A stretch of DNA of 36,966 bases from Thermoplasmata archaeon (GTDB lineage: Archaea > Thermoplasmatota > Thermoplasmata > Sysuiplasmatales > Sysuiplasmataceae). A program made the position numbers and the translations under genes. This document shows, in pieces, positions 16,873 to 24,330 of this stretch; positions within the stretch are counted from its first letter, which is position 1; each line of letters opens with the position of its first letter. Under the pieces are notes generated by a model, which did not search any database, was not told where the DNA came from, and was given only the letters and a program-made list of their open reading frames with translations. Location: positions 1-36,966 of the forward strand of contig JAKAPY010000002.1 in assembly GCA_021811925.1 (NCBI GenBank). The letters run 5' to 3'.

Positions 16873-17127
16873 TCAGTTGAAATAGGAAGCCTGGGTGGAG
16901 ACTTGGGTCTTGTCAACCCTTATGCTTGAAAAATCTAAACTTATCTCGTACTTTTGTGCCTCATGAATGATGACCATTATGTTGTAGGAAAGTATCTTGC
17001 AAAGCAGTTCGTCTTGTTGAGCCAGTTTGTTCTTTGACTTAAGCGTCTCCTGAAATGTTCTCCTGACCAGTGAATATCTTCTTTTCCATTCTATGGTGAT
17101 CAGATTGATAAGACTATTAACGGCAAG
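16873..17127 (-). pseudogene. DDE transposase C-terminal remnant (IS4/IS5-superfamily-like)
   Basis: The minus-strand frame reads LAVNSLINLITIEWKRRYSLVRRTFQETLKSKNKLAQQDELLCKILSYNIMVIIHEAQKYEISLDF...*. It is preceded by in-frame TAA TAG. No start codon and no N-terminal catalytic part are present. Confidence 0.6.
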
Positions 17128-17137
17128 CTATTATAGG
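17128..17137 (+). promoter_or_regulatory. TATA-like box for the antitoxin/PIN pair
   Basis: CTATTATAGG is centred ~33 nt upstream of ATG 17166, consistent with a short-leader or leaderless transcript. Confidence 0.35.
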
Positions 17138-17165
17138 AAGCCAGAGGGTAGGTGGCCCTAGAACC

Positions 17166-17735
17166 ATGACAGATGACCTCACTGCCGGGGAAGATATGCT
17201 TATTTCGCTGCTTTTCGAGGGCGCGGGGAAGCAGAAGTATAACGTCCCCGTAGGGGGAAAGACGCGGTTAGTGAAGGAACTCTTCATACTCTGGAAAGTG
17301 TACGGGGTGGATACCGGATATGAGTTCATACCTTACTATTTTGGACCGTTTTCGCCTGAAATCTATAGGGATCTTGCAAGTTTAGATGCTTTTGGGCTCA
17401 TCAAGATTGAGGATGCCATCTCAGGTAGCGAGATTTCTCTTACGCCGGAAGGAGTCAAGAGAGCTACCGAAGCGAGAGCGAAACTGCCTCAGGCGACTTT
17501 GGAAAGGTTAGTGAGTTGCAAGGAAAAATACAATAAGATGCCTTTGACGGACCTCATTGATTATGTCTACAAACGCTGGCCCAAATTTACAGATAAGAGC
17601 CTCAATGATCCGGATATATTGTTGAAGGAGCTAAGTGCCGAGTTTGACAAAGTGGGTATAACTGACGAAGATATCAGCGAGACTATTGAAGAGTACCGGA
17701 AAGAGAAGAAGTCGAAGGCCAAGGAATGCGTGTAG
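17166..17735 (+). CDS. Panacea/DUF4065-like (SocA-type) putative antitoxin
   Basis: GKTRLVKELFILWKV...FIPYYFGPFSPEIYRDLASLDAFGLI parallels the DUF4065 pattern T.LKLQKLLY...F.AW.YGPV.P.LY...YG. It overlaps the downstream PIN gene by 10 nt. Confidence 0.6.
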   Translation: MTDDLTAGEDMLISLLFEGAGKQKYNVPVGGKTRLVKELFILWKVYGVDTGYEFIPYYFGPFSPEIYRDLASLDAFGLIKIEDAISGSEISLTPEGVKRATEARAKLPQATLERLVSCKEKYNKMPLTDLIDYVYKRWPKFTDKSLNDPDILLKELSAEFDKVGITDEDISETIEEYRKEKKSKAKECV

Positions 17736-18142
17736 TCGTAGATACCAATGTTTTGGTATCAATCATAAAGCATCGTGAAAGAGAAGTGATGAATGCCATC
17801 TACAACACGATAAAAGACAAACTCACAATAATTGTATTCTGCAGAGCAACCTATGACGAATTGAAAGAGGTTCTGTCCAGGCGCAAATTCAGGAATATCA
17901 ACAAGACAGTTATTAATGGCTATTTGGCATTTCTATCCGAAAGGGCAGACTGGAAAGAGCCAAATCGGCATGGCAATGAGGCTATCGACCCCGATGATCA
18001 GGTGTTTATCGATCTCGCCGTAACAACCAACTGCAGGTATCTGATAACTGGCAACCTCAAGCATATGCCCCAGACTAGAATTGTTGGACGCGTGTCCATC
18101 GTTTCTCCCCACGAATTCGCTACAGCTGAAAAACTACTATAA
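17726..18142 (+). CDS. PIN-domain toxin (TIGR00305/COG1569-like)
   Basis: Carries VVVDTNVLVSII, ...ATYDELKEVLSRRKF... and DPDDQVFIDLAVTTNCRYLITGNLKH. Size (138 aa) and acidic residues are typical of PIN RNases. Confidence 0.85.
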   Translation: MRVVVDTNVLVSIIKHREREVMNAIYNTIKDKLTIIVFCRATYDELKEVLSRRKFRNINKTVINGYLAFLSERADWKEPNRHGNEAIDPDDQVFIDLAVTTNCRYLITGNLKHMPQTRIVGRVSIVSPHEFATAEKLL

Positions 18143-18230
18143 TCAATGTTTAGGTATGGATGCCCTTCGACACATGAGCCCTTTCCCCCTTACGGGACCA
18201 AGAGAAATAGATTTAATCACAAGCAGAAGA

Positions 18231-18246
18231 GTTTAATCACAAAGCC
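18231..18246. repeat. Right terminal inverted repeat GTTTAATCACAAAGCC
   Basis: This is the inverted partner of 16767-16782 (15/16). Confidence 0.8.
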
Positions 18247-18255
18247 AACGGAATT
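18247..18255. repeat. Right target-site duplication AACGGAATT
   Basis: This is the direct-repeat partner of 16758-16766 (8/9). Confidence 0.7.
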
Positions 18256-18383
18256 GTTTTCGATCCAAATTACACGCGGATATGATAACAAGCGCCTCCC
18301 GCCCTCGGCTTTATAAGGAAAGACTTGGACCGGAGGAAATCCCTCCATGAAGCGGGCTTTTCCCATCAAGGGGAGGTGCGGTT

Positions 18384-18704
18384 GTGTTTATGCCTCGCAA
18401 AATGGCCGCTTCTTTCCGCCCGCAGCTTTCTCGCTTCAGTATTGGAATCACAGGAGGGTTACCCGTAAAGGGAAAGGCAGTTGCTTCCTCGGGTCAGGCG
18501 GCAGGAGAGCCAAGAGTGCATGATACAGTTTCCGCCAACGTCCTGGGCCGCGTGCTGAGCGTGGACCAGGCAGGCAGCTTTGCAGGTATTCCCGCCGGTG
18601 TGCTATTTGGAGGTGTGCTGGCGGGTACGCTCGGAATAGGTCTCCACCACGCCGTTTCAGGACTTGGACTGCTTGTCAACGGCGCAGAGTACGAATCTGC
18701 ATAA
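18384..18704 (+). CDS. Hypothetical small protein, possibly a C-terminal remnant of an MFS-type transporter
   Basis: GGGGAGGTG lies just upstream of GTG 18384 / ATG 18390. The C-terminal half, GRVLSVDQAGSFAGIPAGVLFGGVLAGTLGIGL, resembles the last MFS helices. The ORF is only 106 aa. Confidence 0.3.
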   Translation: MFMPRKMAASFRPQLSRFSIGITGGLPVKGKAVASSGQAAGEPRVHDTVSANVLGRVLSVDQAGSFAGIPAGVLFGGVLAGTLGIGLHHAVSGLGLLVNGAEYESA

Positions 18705-18765
18705 GCAACCGGCACAATTGCAGTTCGTGAACCAGCAGGACTCCGCTTCCCGGGAAGGGATTTCT

Positions 18766-19497
18766 GTGAGAAGAATAGCGGAGTTGCCGGAACTTGAAAG
18801 TCTTCAGATTCGAGGCATTTCATTCTTCGATCCTTTCCTTAAGCAGTTTGCGCTTGAAACAATGCTTTCCGGCGGGGAAGTCCACGTCGCTCAATCTGGG
18901 GACGGCAATATCGGAGGAATGCTGCTTTACGACGATGTTGAAAGGGCAGGCAGCATTTTCACAAGATCCGGTGAAACGCTCGAGGCCCTCTTCAAGCTCA
19001 AGGAAAAGATGGTATTTTTCTCCGAGCTTCAGCTTGAACTCAGAAAGGAGGACTATCTCATATACACTATAGACCTGACCCGCTACTCCTTCTCCCACCG
19101 TTTCAATCATGAAGTCAGTGTCGCGGGCGAGGACGACATGGCCGAAATTCTCGGCCTTATGACTTCTTCATACTCCAGGATAAACACACGCTGGATCAAG
19201 ATAGCAACTGCTGCCGGTGAAAAGTGTTTCATTGTCCGGACCCATCACGGAATAGAGGGAGTCGCATGGCTGTCAGTGGTTGGAGGGAGAGGCAGGCTGC
19301 ACTCGCTGGTTGTCTCTCCACAGTTCAGGAAGCAGGGAGTCGGGACTGACCTGCTGTTTGCGAGGCTGCTGTGGCTGAGGAGCATGGGTGGAAGGTTTGC
19401 ATTTTCAGAGATCGCAGAATCAAACAAGCACTCCCGGGCAATTGCCCTCAGCGGCGGGATGCGGGAGTCCGGAGTCATGTATCAGTACCGCGGCTGA
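18766..19497 (+). CDS. GNAT-family N-acetyltransferase
   Basis: The C-terminus reads LHSLVVSPQFRKQGVGTDLLFARLLWLRSMGGRFAFSEIAESNKHSRAIALSGGM. The start is uncertain: the track ORF begins at 18664, and GTG 18766 (VRRIAELPEL) avoids overlap with the preceding ORF. Confidence 0.7.
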   Translation: MRRIAELPELESLQIRGISFFDPFLKQFALETMLSGGEVHVAQSGDGNIGGMLLYDDVERAGSIFTRSGETLEALFKLKEKMVFFSELQLELRKEDYLIYTIDLTRYSFSHRFNHEVSVAGEDDMAEILGLMTSSYSRINTRWIKIATAAGEKCFIVRTHHGIEGVAWLSVVGGRGRLHSLVVSPQFRKQGVGTDLLFARLLWLRSMGGRFAFSEIAESNKHSRAIALSGGMRESGVMYQYRG

Positions 19498-19524
19498 CTC
19501 ACCGTCCCATCGAAAACCCCGAAA

Positions 19525-20592
19525 TCAGCTTCTCGGGGCACCGCAAACCGGACATCTGAGGGCCGTCGATTCTATAAGCGAACCGCAAAACTGGCATTTT
19601 ACCTTCACCACTTCCTTGACAACAATCTGCTGCACCTGCGGCTGTTCCGGATTGAAGCTTATCGGCGGCGGCCCCGGAGGCTGTTGACGGGGTGCGGCCT
19701 GCTGCGGCGGCGCGGGCGCATACCCGTACCGAACCTTTCCCTCGGCTGGATGCTGAGGCAGTTTTTCCCTCCTTCTTCTGGAGAGCGAACGCAGGACAAG
19801 CGCAGTAATAACCAGCAGGACGACGATCACAACGATGGCAATGACCAGCAAGTCGTTCATGTTCAGGGATGCAGGCTGGGACGGTGCCTGGCCAGGTGTC
19901 AGGCTGTAGCTTGTGGATGTCACATACAGAGTCTCTGTATAAGTGAATCCGTCACCTAAACTGTTGGTGTCGTGCTCGGTGTAGACGTAGCCAACAATAT
20001 AACCGGTTGATATGTCAAAATACGCCTTCCAGTTGTATGTCGCCGTGAAGCTTCCGTAAACGTCATTTCTCGGGTATGATCCGTTCCCCTCGGAGAATAT
20101 CGTCTTCACATACGATCCAGTGGAGGGGAGTTTGTAGCTGTAGCCGGTCGAGACAACTTTCATCTGGGTGTTCAGCAGGTAGAACTGGCTTCCCTGGCCG
20201 AGAGAGTTGTTCATGTAAAACCAGACATAGGGGTTGGAGTAGCCTGCCTGGTTGTCCGTGCCGTTGACATATCTGTAGGTGCTGTACGAGAAAGTGAAAT
20301 TGCCTGCCGAGCTTCCGCTGCTCGAGCTGCCTGTGTTGTTGCGGAATGTCCAGAAATACTGATAGAACGAGGATGCCACATTCCCTGTAAGCAGGGATGT
20401 TATCTGCTCCGTGCCGTTGACGTTCTGCTGCTCGGTATACCCTGTGTAGTTGCCCTGCCCGCCGTTGACAGTTATCGTCTCGTAGTAGTTGAGGCGGTCA
20501 CCGGACTTTGGTGTGTAGTGTGCGGTCGCAGCCGACGGCATGAGCAGCACTGAGACAAGCGCCACTGCAATCAGTGCCTTCCACAAAATCAT
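19525..20592 (-). CDS. Type-I membrane protein: signal peptide, sequon-rich Tyr/Ser/Thr/Asn ectodomain, one TM helix, Pro/Gln linker, C-terminal zinc ribbon
   Basis: Signal peptide MILWKALIAVALVSVLLMPSAATA and seven N-x-S/T sequons by my count. TM helix LLVIAIVVIVVLLVITALVL is followed by RSLSRRRRE, and the protein ends CQFCGSLIESTALRCPVCG. ATGA overlap with the upstream gene. Confidence 0.8.
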   Translation of the reverse strand: MILWKALIAVALVSVLLMPSAATAHYTPKSGDRLNYYETITVNGGQGNYTGYTEQQNVNGTEQITSLLTGNVASSFYQYFWTFRNNTGSSSSGSSAGNFTFSYSTYRYVNGTDNQAGYSNPYVWFYMNNSLGQGSQFYLLNTQMKVVSTGYSYKLPSTGSYVKTIFSEGNGSYPRNDVYGSFTATYNWKAYFDISTGYIVGYVYTEHDTNSLGDGFTYTETLYVTSTSYSLTPGQAPSQPASLNMNDLLVIAIVVIVVLLVITALVLRSLSRRRREKLPQHPAEGKVRYGYAPAPPQQAAPRQQPPGPPPISFNPEQPQVQQIVVKEVVKVKCQFCGSLIESTALRCPVCGAPRS

Positions 20593-22121
20593 CCGTAAAA
20601 TCCCCCAAGGGCATGTATGTGTCCGGGGTGAGCTCCGCCGATGCCGCTGAAGGTTGAATAGTACGAGGAATGCACTATGATCATGGGCATGAACAGGGGC
20701 ACGAACGGGCGTGAGGCCGCATATGTGAACTGGACGGGCGTCTCTGCGATGCGTGCTGTGCTGTCAAGGTCCCTGACAATCTCATTCTTTATTCCATGAA
20801 TCATCCTGACTGCAAGTGCAATCAGTTCCGACTGCTCAAGTCCCCCCGCCTTTGAACCAATGATTGAATATGTCTTCTCAAGCAGGTTGAGCGTCTCGTT
20901 CGCCTCCATGACAGGGATGGAAGTCAGTATCGCTGCAGCAACGAGCGGATATTCCAGATAGTGCTTGAGCCCTTCCGTTATTATCGCCAGCTTGCTCTGG
21001 AAACCGTCGGCTGGAAGATCGGATGCCGCCAGGTATGCAGACGAAAGCTCCGTGTCCTCGGACACTTCAAATCCCCATGAATTGAAGAGCGCCCTCGTTG
21101 ACATGAATTTCCTCTTTAAATCATCCGGGGGGCTGTTGATTATCGACATCAGGGCAGCGGACTCGTATGAATTTGTGAGCTGCCTGAAATCGCGGAACGA
21201 GTCAAGCGGGAATGTGCCGTCATACCTCTTCCCGAAGAAGAGAATCGAACTGACGCCTGCAGATATCTCCTTTGGAACATCAAGGTGATGCCTGACCTGG
21301 TGGTCAAGGTCGAACAGCTCGGGGATTGTGCTGTTGAGGTCTGCGCCTGAACATGCGAGCACCTCGGCGGCGGTCATCCTGTTTTCCAGGTTGTGGGATA
21401 TCTTCTCAATACCCTGAAACGCCTGATAGAACCTGTTGTCAAGGTCCCCCGGGTTCCCCTGAATCTTGGCGAGGCCGATTGAAGTGCTCCACCTTTCAGA
21501 CATATCGGCATCCACCAGTATCTGGGCAAGATAACGGAAATGGTTCACACCCCTGACAGCTATTCCGTCAAGTTCGCCGAGAGTCTGGTTCAGCTGTTGC
21601 ACGTATGCGGTGAAGTCGGTATCCGAAACCCTGTAAATCCTTATCCCAAGGTCTTTCATCGAAAGTAGACCAGTTTCGGTCAGTGCCACATATCCATCCG
21701 CGTAGGAGACAAGCTTGTCCAGTAGCGTCGTCTTGGCTATGAAAGAGGCAAGCGTCGACTCCTTCCCGGTTATGTCTGCGCCAAGCTTGCTGAGCGTTTC
21801 CTTCTCCTGCTGCACCTTCTGCATTTCAGCCTGTTCCTGGCCCTTGGTGTGCGCGATTCTGAAGAATATGGACTGGGCTTTCTTGAAATCAGGCCCGAAT
21901 TCCCTTGACTCCTGCTCCTCGGCCGTTTTCTCCTGGGAAATGTCTCTGGTGAGCTGCTCTATCTGTCCGACATCCGCAGTCAGCTTGCCGTAGTCGTCCT
22001 TTGTGAGAGTCTGTATGTAGCCTGCTGCCTTCAATGATTCAATGTCCGCCGGTGCCACATTGACAGTTATCGTTCTTGCTGCAATCTGGTTGAAAAAATA
22101 ATAGACTTCGGAGCACTTCAT
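20589..22121 (-). CDS. Hypothetical 510-aa protein (charged coiled-coil-like N-terminal part, helical repeat body, Gly/His-rich tail)
   Basis: A long ORF with ATGA overlaps at both ends. I recognised no family-defining motif. Confidence 0.75.
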   Translation of the reverse strand: MKCSEVYYFFNQIAARTITVNVAPADIESLKAAGYIQTLTKDDYGKLTADVGQIEQLTRDISQEKTAEEQESREFGPDFKKAQSIFFRIAHTKGQEQAEMQKVQQEKETLSKLGADITGKESTLASFIAKTTLLDKLVSYADGYVALTETGLLSMKDLGIRIYRVSDTDFTAYVQQLNQTLGELDGIAVRGVNHFRYLAQILVDADMSERWSTSIGLAKIQGNPGDLDNRFYQAFQGIEKISHNLENRMTAAEVLACSGADLNSTIPELFDLDHQVRHHLDVPKEISAGVSSILFFGKRYDGTFPLDSFRDFRQLTNSYESAALMSIINSPPDDLKRKFMSTRALFNSWGFEVSEDTELSSAYLAASDLPADGFQSKLAIITEGLKHYLEYPLVAAAILTSIPVMEANETLNLLEKTYSIIGSKAGGLEQSELIALAVRMIHGIKNEIVRDLDSTARIAETPVQFTYAASRPFVPLFMPMIIVHSSYYSTFSGIGGAHPGHIHALGGFYG

Positions 22122-23293
22122 TCATTTCCCCAGTCGACGATCGGAAACTGCTTATAAAGACTTTCTTCGTTTAATTTATTCTTAATATTCAATATTACGG
22201 AATTGCTGCTCTCCGACACATCTATGAATGGATCGCTCCCGAGGGCTTGGGCGACAAGGGTTCCAAACTGTATTTTCCTGTCATTTCCGCCACCGAAACG
22301 TGCCGCCCGCTCCCGTTCTATCTGCTCGTATGCAAACATGAATTCATACAGGGAACGGTGCAGCTGCTCCTCTATCTTGTCCTCGACCCTTCCCCTGTCC
22401 AAAATCCTTTCTTCTATTCCTTCAAGGTCAACGAAGTAGACCGTGCCGTCGGGGGATATCACCGCATCCTTGTCGAGCCAGACGTCGTTGAAGTCAAGGC
22501 CCTCAAATCTCCCGTCGTCCCGCATGGACATTGTTCTTGGAAACAGCGTGAGGAGTGCTATGCAGCTCCTGATGAAGTTGCATTCGAACAGGTATGCCTT
22601 GTCGTTGCTGTCGATGTGGAACATGTCGAATATTCTCTTCATGTTCCTGCCAATGACATTCCCTGCATGGAAATAGACTCTTATGTTGGAGGGGACAAGG
22701 CGCAGTTCCTGGACAATCCTTCCCGTAAACCTCCTGTACCAGTATATCTTTTTCAGCTGCTTCTCCAGCTCTTCCGGAAGAAATGCTATGCTGACCACGG
22801 GTGCGATTCTGAAACCGTTTATCGATGTGATGTTTGCCATCTCGGAGACCCTCATCGCAGTTGTCGCGTGTTCAAGCCCCTGTCCTCCGTAAGGTGAGCC
22901 CCTGAGCCACAACTCTCCTGTTATGAAACGGGCGGGGCCACTGGTCGAGCCTTTGAGAATCTTTTCCCTGAGGCTCATATCCCGGACCAGTGAGGAAACA
23001 TACTCGCCGTTGAGAAGTTGCATGGAGAACGGGTCGGTTGTGGAACCTATTCCCTTAACCGAGAGATGGAATTCGGTCCCATCGATTGTTGCGACCGGTT
23101 CAGGAGATATGGCTCCCCTGTTGTCGTCCTCTACAAATTCCCTCTTTCCTTCACTCTCGGCGTTCATCAGTGGAATGACCGACTCCGGCAGGTAGATCGA
23201 ATTGAACCCCTGAGCAGTTGAAAAATGCCTGCTTGTCGAAACGCCATCGGCCGCGTACGAGTACAGGTCGAGCCGTGTCCCGAGCATCTCCAT
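22118..23293 (-). CDS. Hypothetical 391-aa protein, possibly an ATP-grasp-like or kinase-like enzyme
   Basis: YFHAGNVIGRN ... DKDAVISPDGTVYFVDLEGIE resembles the ATP-grasp NLHRGG ... VMEVN arrangement. It is the first gene of the operon, downstream of a 200-bp gap. Confidence 0.75.
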   Translation of the reverse strand: MEMLGTRLDLYSYAADGVSTSRHFSTAQGFNSIYLPESVIPLMNAESEGKREFVEDDNRGAISPEPVATIDGTEFHLSVKGIGSTTDPFSMQLLNGEYVSSLVRDMSLREKILKGSTSGPARFITGELWLRGSPYGGQGLEHATTAMRVSEMANITSINGFRIAPVVSIAFLPEELEKQLKKIYWYRRFTGRIVQELRLVPSNIRVYFHAGNVIGRNMKRIFDMFHIDSNDKAYLFECNFIRSCIALLTLFPRTMSMRDDGRFEGLDFNDVWLDKDAVISPDGTVYFVDLEGIEERILDRGRVEDKIEEQLHRSLYEFMFAYEQIERERAARFGGGNDRKIQFGTLVAQALGSDPFIDVSESSNSVILNIKNKLNEESLYKQFPIVDWGNE

Positions 23294-23494
23294 TGTTTGT
23301 CTCCGTGAATTTCATACAAATAGAGGACATGGGCCTATTAACCCTTACACAAAATTCGATGTCCCCGAATGGTGCCTTGTTGCGTATGGCCGACTTTCAG
23401 CTTCTGCGGGCCGAACACATTCACCCGCCGAAACAGGTCGCCGCGTTAGTGCTGCACCCGTGAAGCCATCTGTTTCAGGCGCAAATTCGGCCCT

Positions 23495-24211
23495 TCAATC
23501 CCTCGTGAACCTGAGTTTCACCAGGAATTTCAGGTTGTTCCATCCGTCTTTCCAGGTCCTGAGCTTCTTCTCCCCCTGCCTGAGGCTGAACTCCACTGGA
23601 ATCTCCTTGAAGCGGACGTGCTTCGCCGCCTTGATCTTTATTTCCTCCGAGAACGGAAATCCGTTGCTTCTCACATTCAGCTTCTCGAAAACGGATTTCT
23701 TCAATATCCACATGCCGCTCTGCGAGTCACTCAGCCTTACACCGAACAGAACTCTCGTTGTCATATTCAGTATCCAGTTGCCGAACCGGTGAGTCCTGTT
23801 CATCGCCCCTTCCCTCATCTGGCCGAATCTGTTTGCAGTAATGAAGTCAAGCTGATCCCTGTTGAATATGCCAAGCAGAAATGGTATTGCCTCGGGCGGG
23901 TATGATGCGTCTGCATCCATTGTTATGATTGTTTCCCCCGCAGCAGCTCCAAAGCCGGTCTTGTATGCCCTGCCATAGCCCCTCTCCGGCTCCCTTACAA
24001 CCCTGCATCCCTTCTGCTGCGCTATCTCCGTTGTCCTGTCCCTGGAGTTGGTGTCCACTATGATGATTTCGTAGTCTCTTGTCACCGAGTCCAGGTTTGC
24101 CCTGATCCTGTCCACTACGGGGCCTATGGACTTTTCTTCGTTTATCGTGGGTATGATTACCGATATCACGGTGCTACAAGAGGGATTGAACGTTCCTCCC
24201 CTAATAATCAT
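23495..24211 (-). CDS. Family 2 glycosyltransferase (dolichyl-phosphate hexose synthase-like)
   Basis: Carries ISVIIPTINEEKSIGPVVDRI, YEIIIVDTNSRDRT, GYGRAYKTGF and TMDADASYP. The start is uncertain: the track start is 24277, ATG 24211 is preferred, and a later GTG is also possible. Confidence 0.85.
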   Translation of the reverse strand: MIIRGGTFNPSCSTVISVIIPTINEEKSIGPVVDRIRANLDSVTRDYEIIIVDTNSRDRTTEIAQQKGCRVVREPERGYGRAYKTGFGAAAGETIITMDADASYPPEAIPFLLGIFNRDQLDFITANRFGQMREGAMNRTHRFGNWILNMTTRVLFGVRLSDSQSGMWILKKSVFEKLNVRSNGFPFSEEIKIKAAKHVRFKEIPVEFSLRQGEKKLRTWKDGWNNLKFLVKLRFTRD

Positions 24212-24330
24212 TACCGTTATATTCGCAGCCGTGCGCATGCCAGGGCATGCCGATCTTCCGTGTCCGGCCAGAGCCATTCATAAAGGCGAGTGGTCCCTTC
24301 CAGAATCACATCACAGGGCATAACCGGTTT

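Larger units (their letters stand above)
16767..18246. mobile_element. IS-derived, non-autonomous element (1480 bp) carrying a toxin-antitoxin pair and a transposase C-terminal relic
   Basis: It has 16-bp terminal inverted repeats (15/16) and flanking 9-bp direct repeats. It also has subterminal motif copies at 16799-16810, 16819-16830 and 18211-18223, and an interior more A+T-rich than the flanks. Confidence 0.75.

Noticed and set aside
19620-19760. GC-rich, repetitive stretch (ggcggcgg / cccgg runs)
   Set aside because: It encodes the Pro/Gln/Ala-rich cytoplasmic linker of the membrane protein at 19525-20592 on the minus strand.
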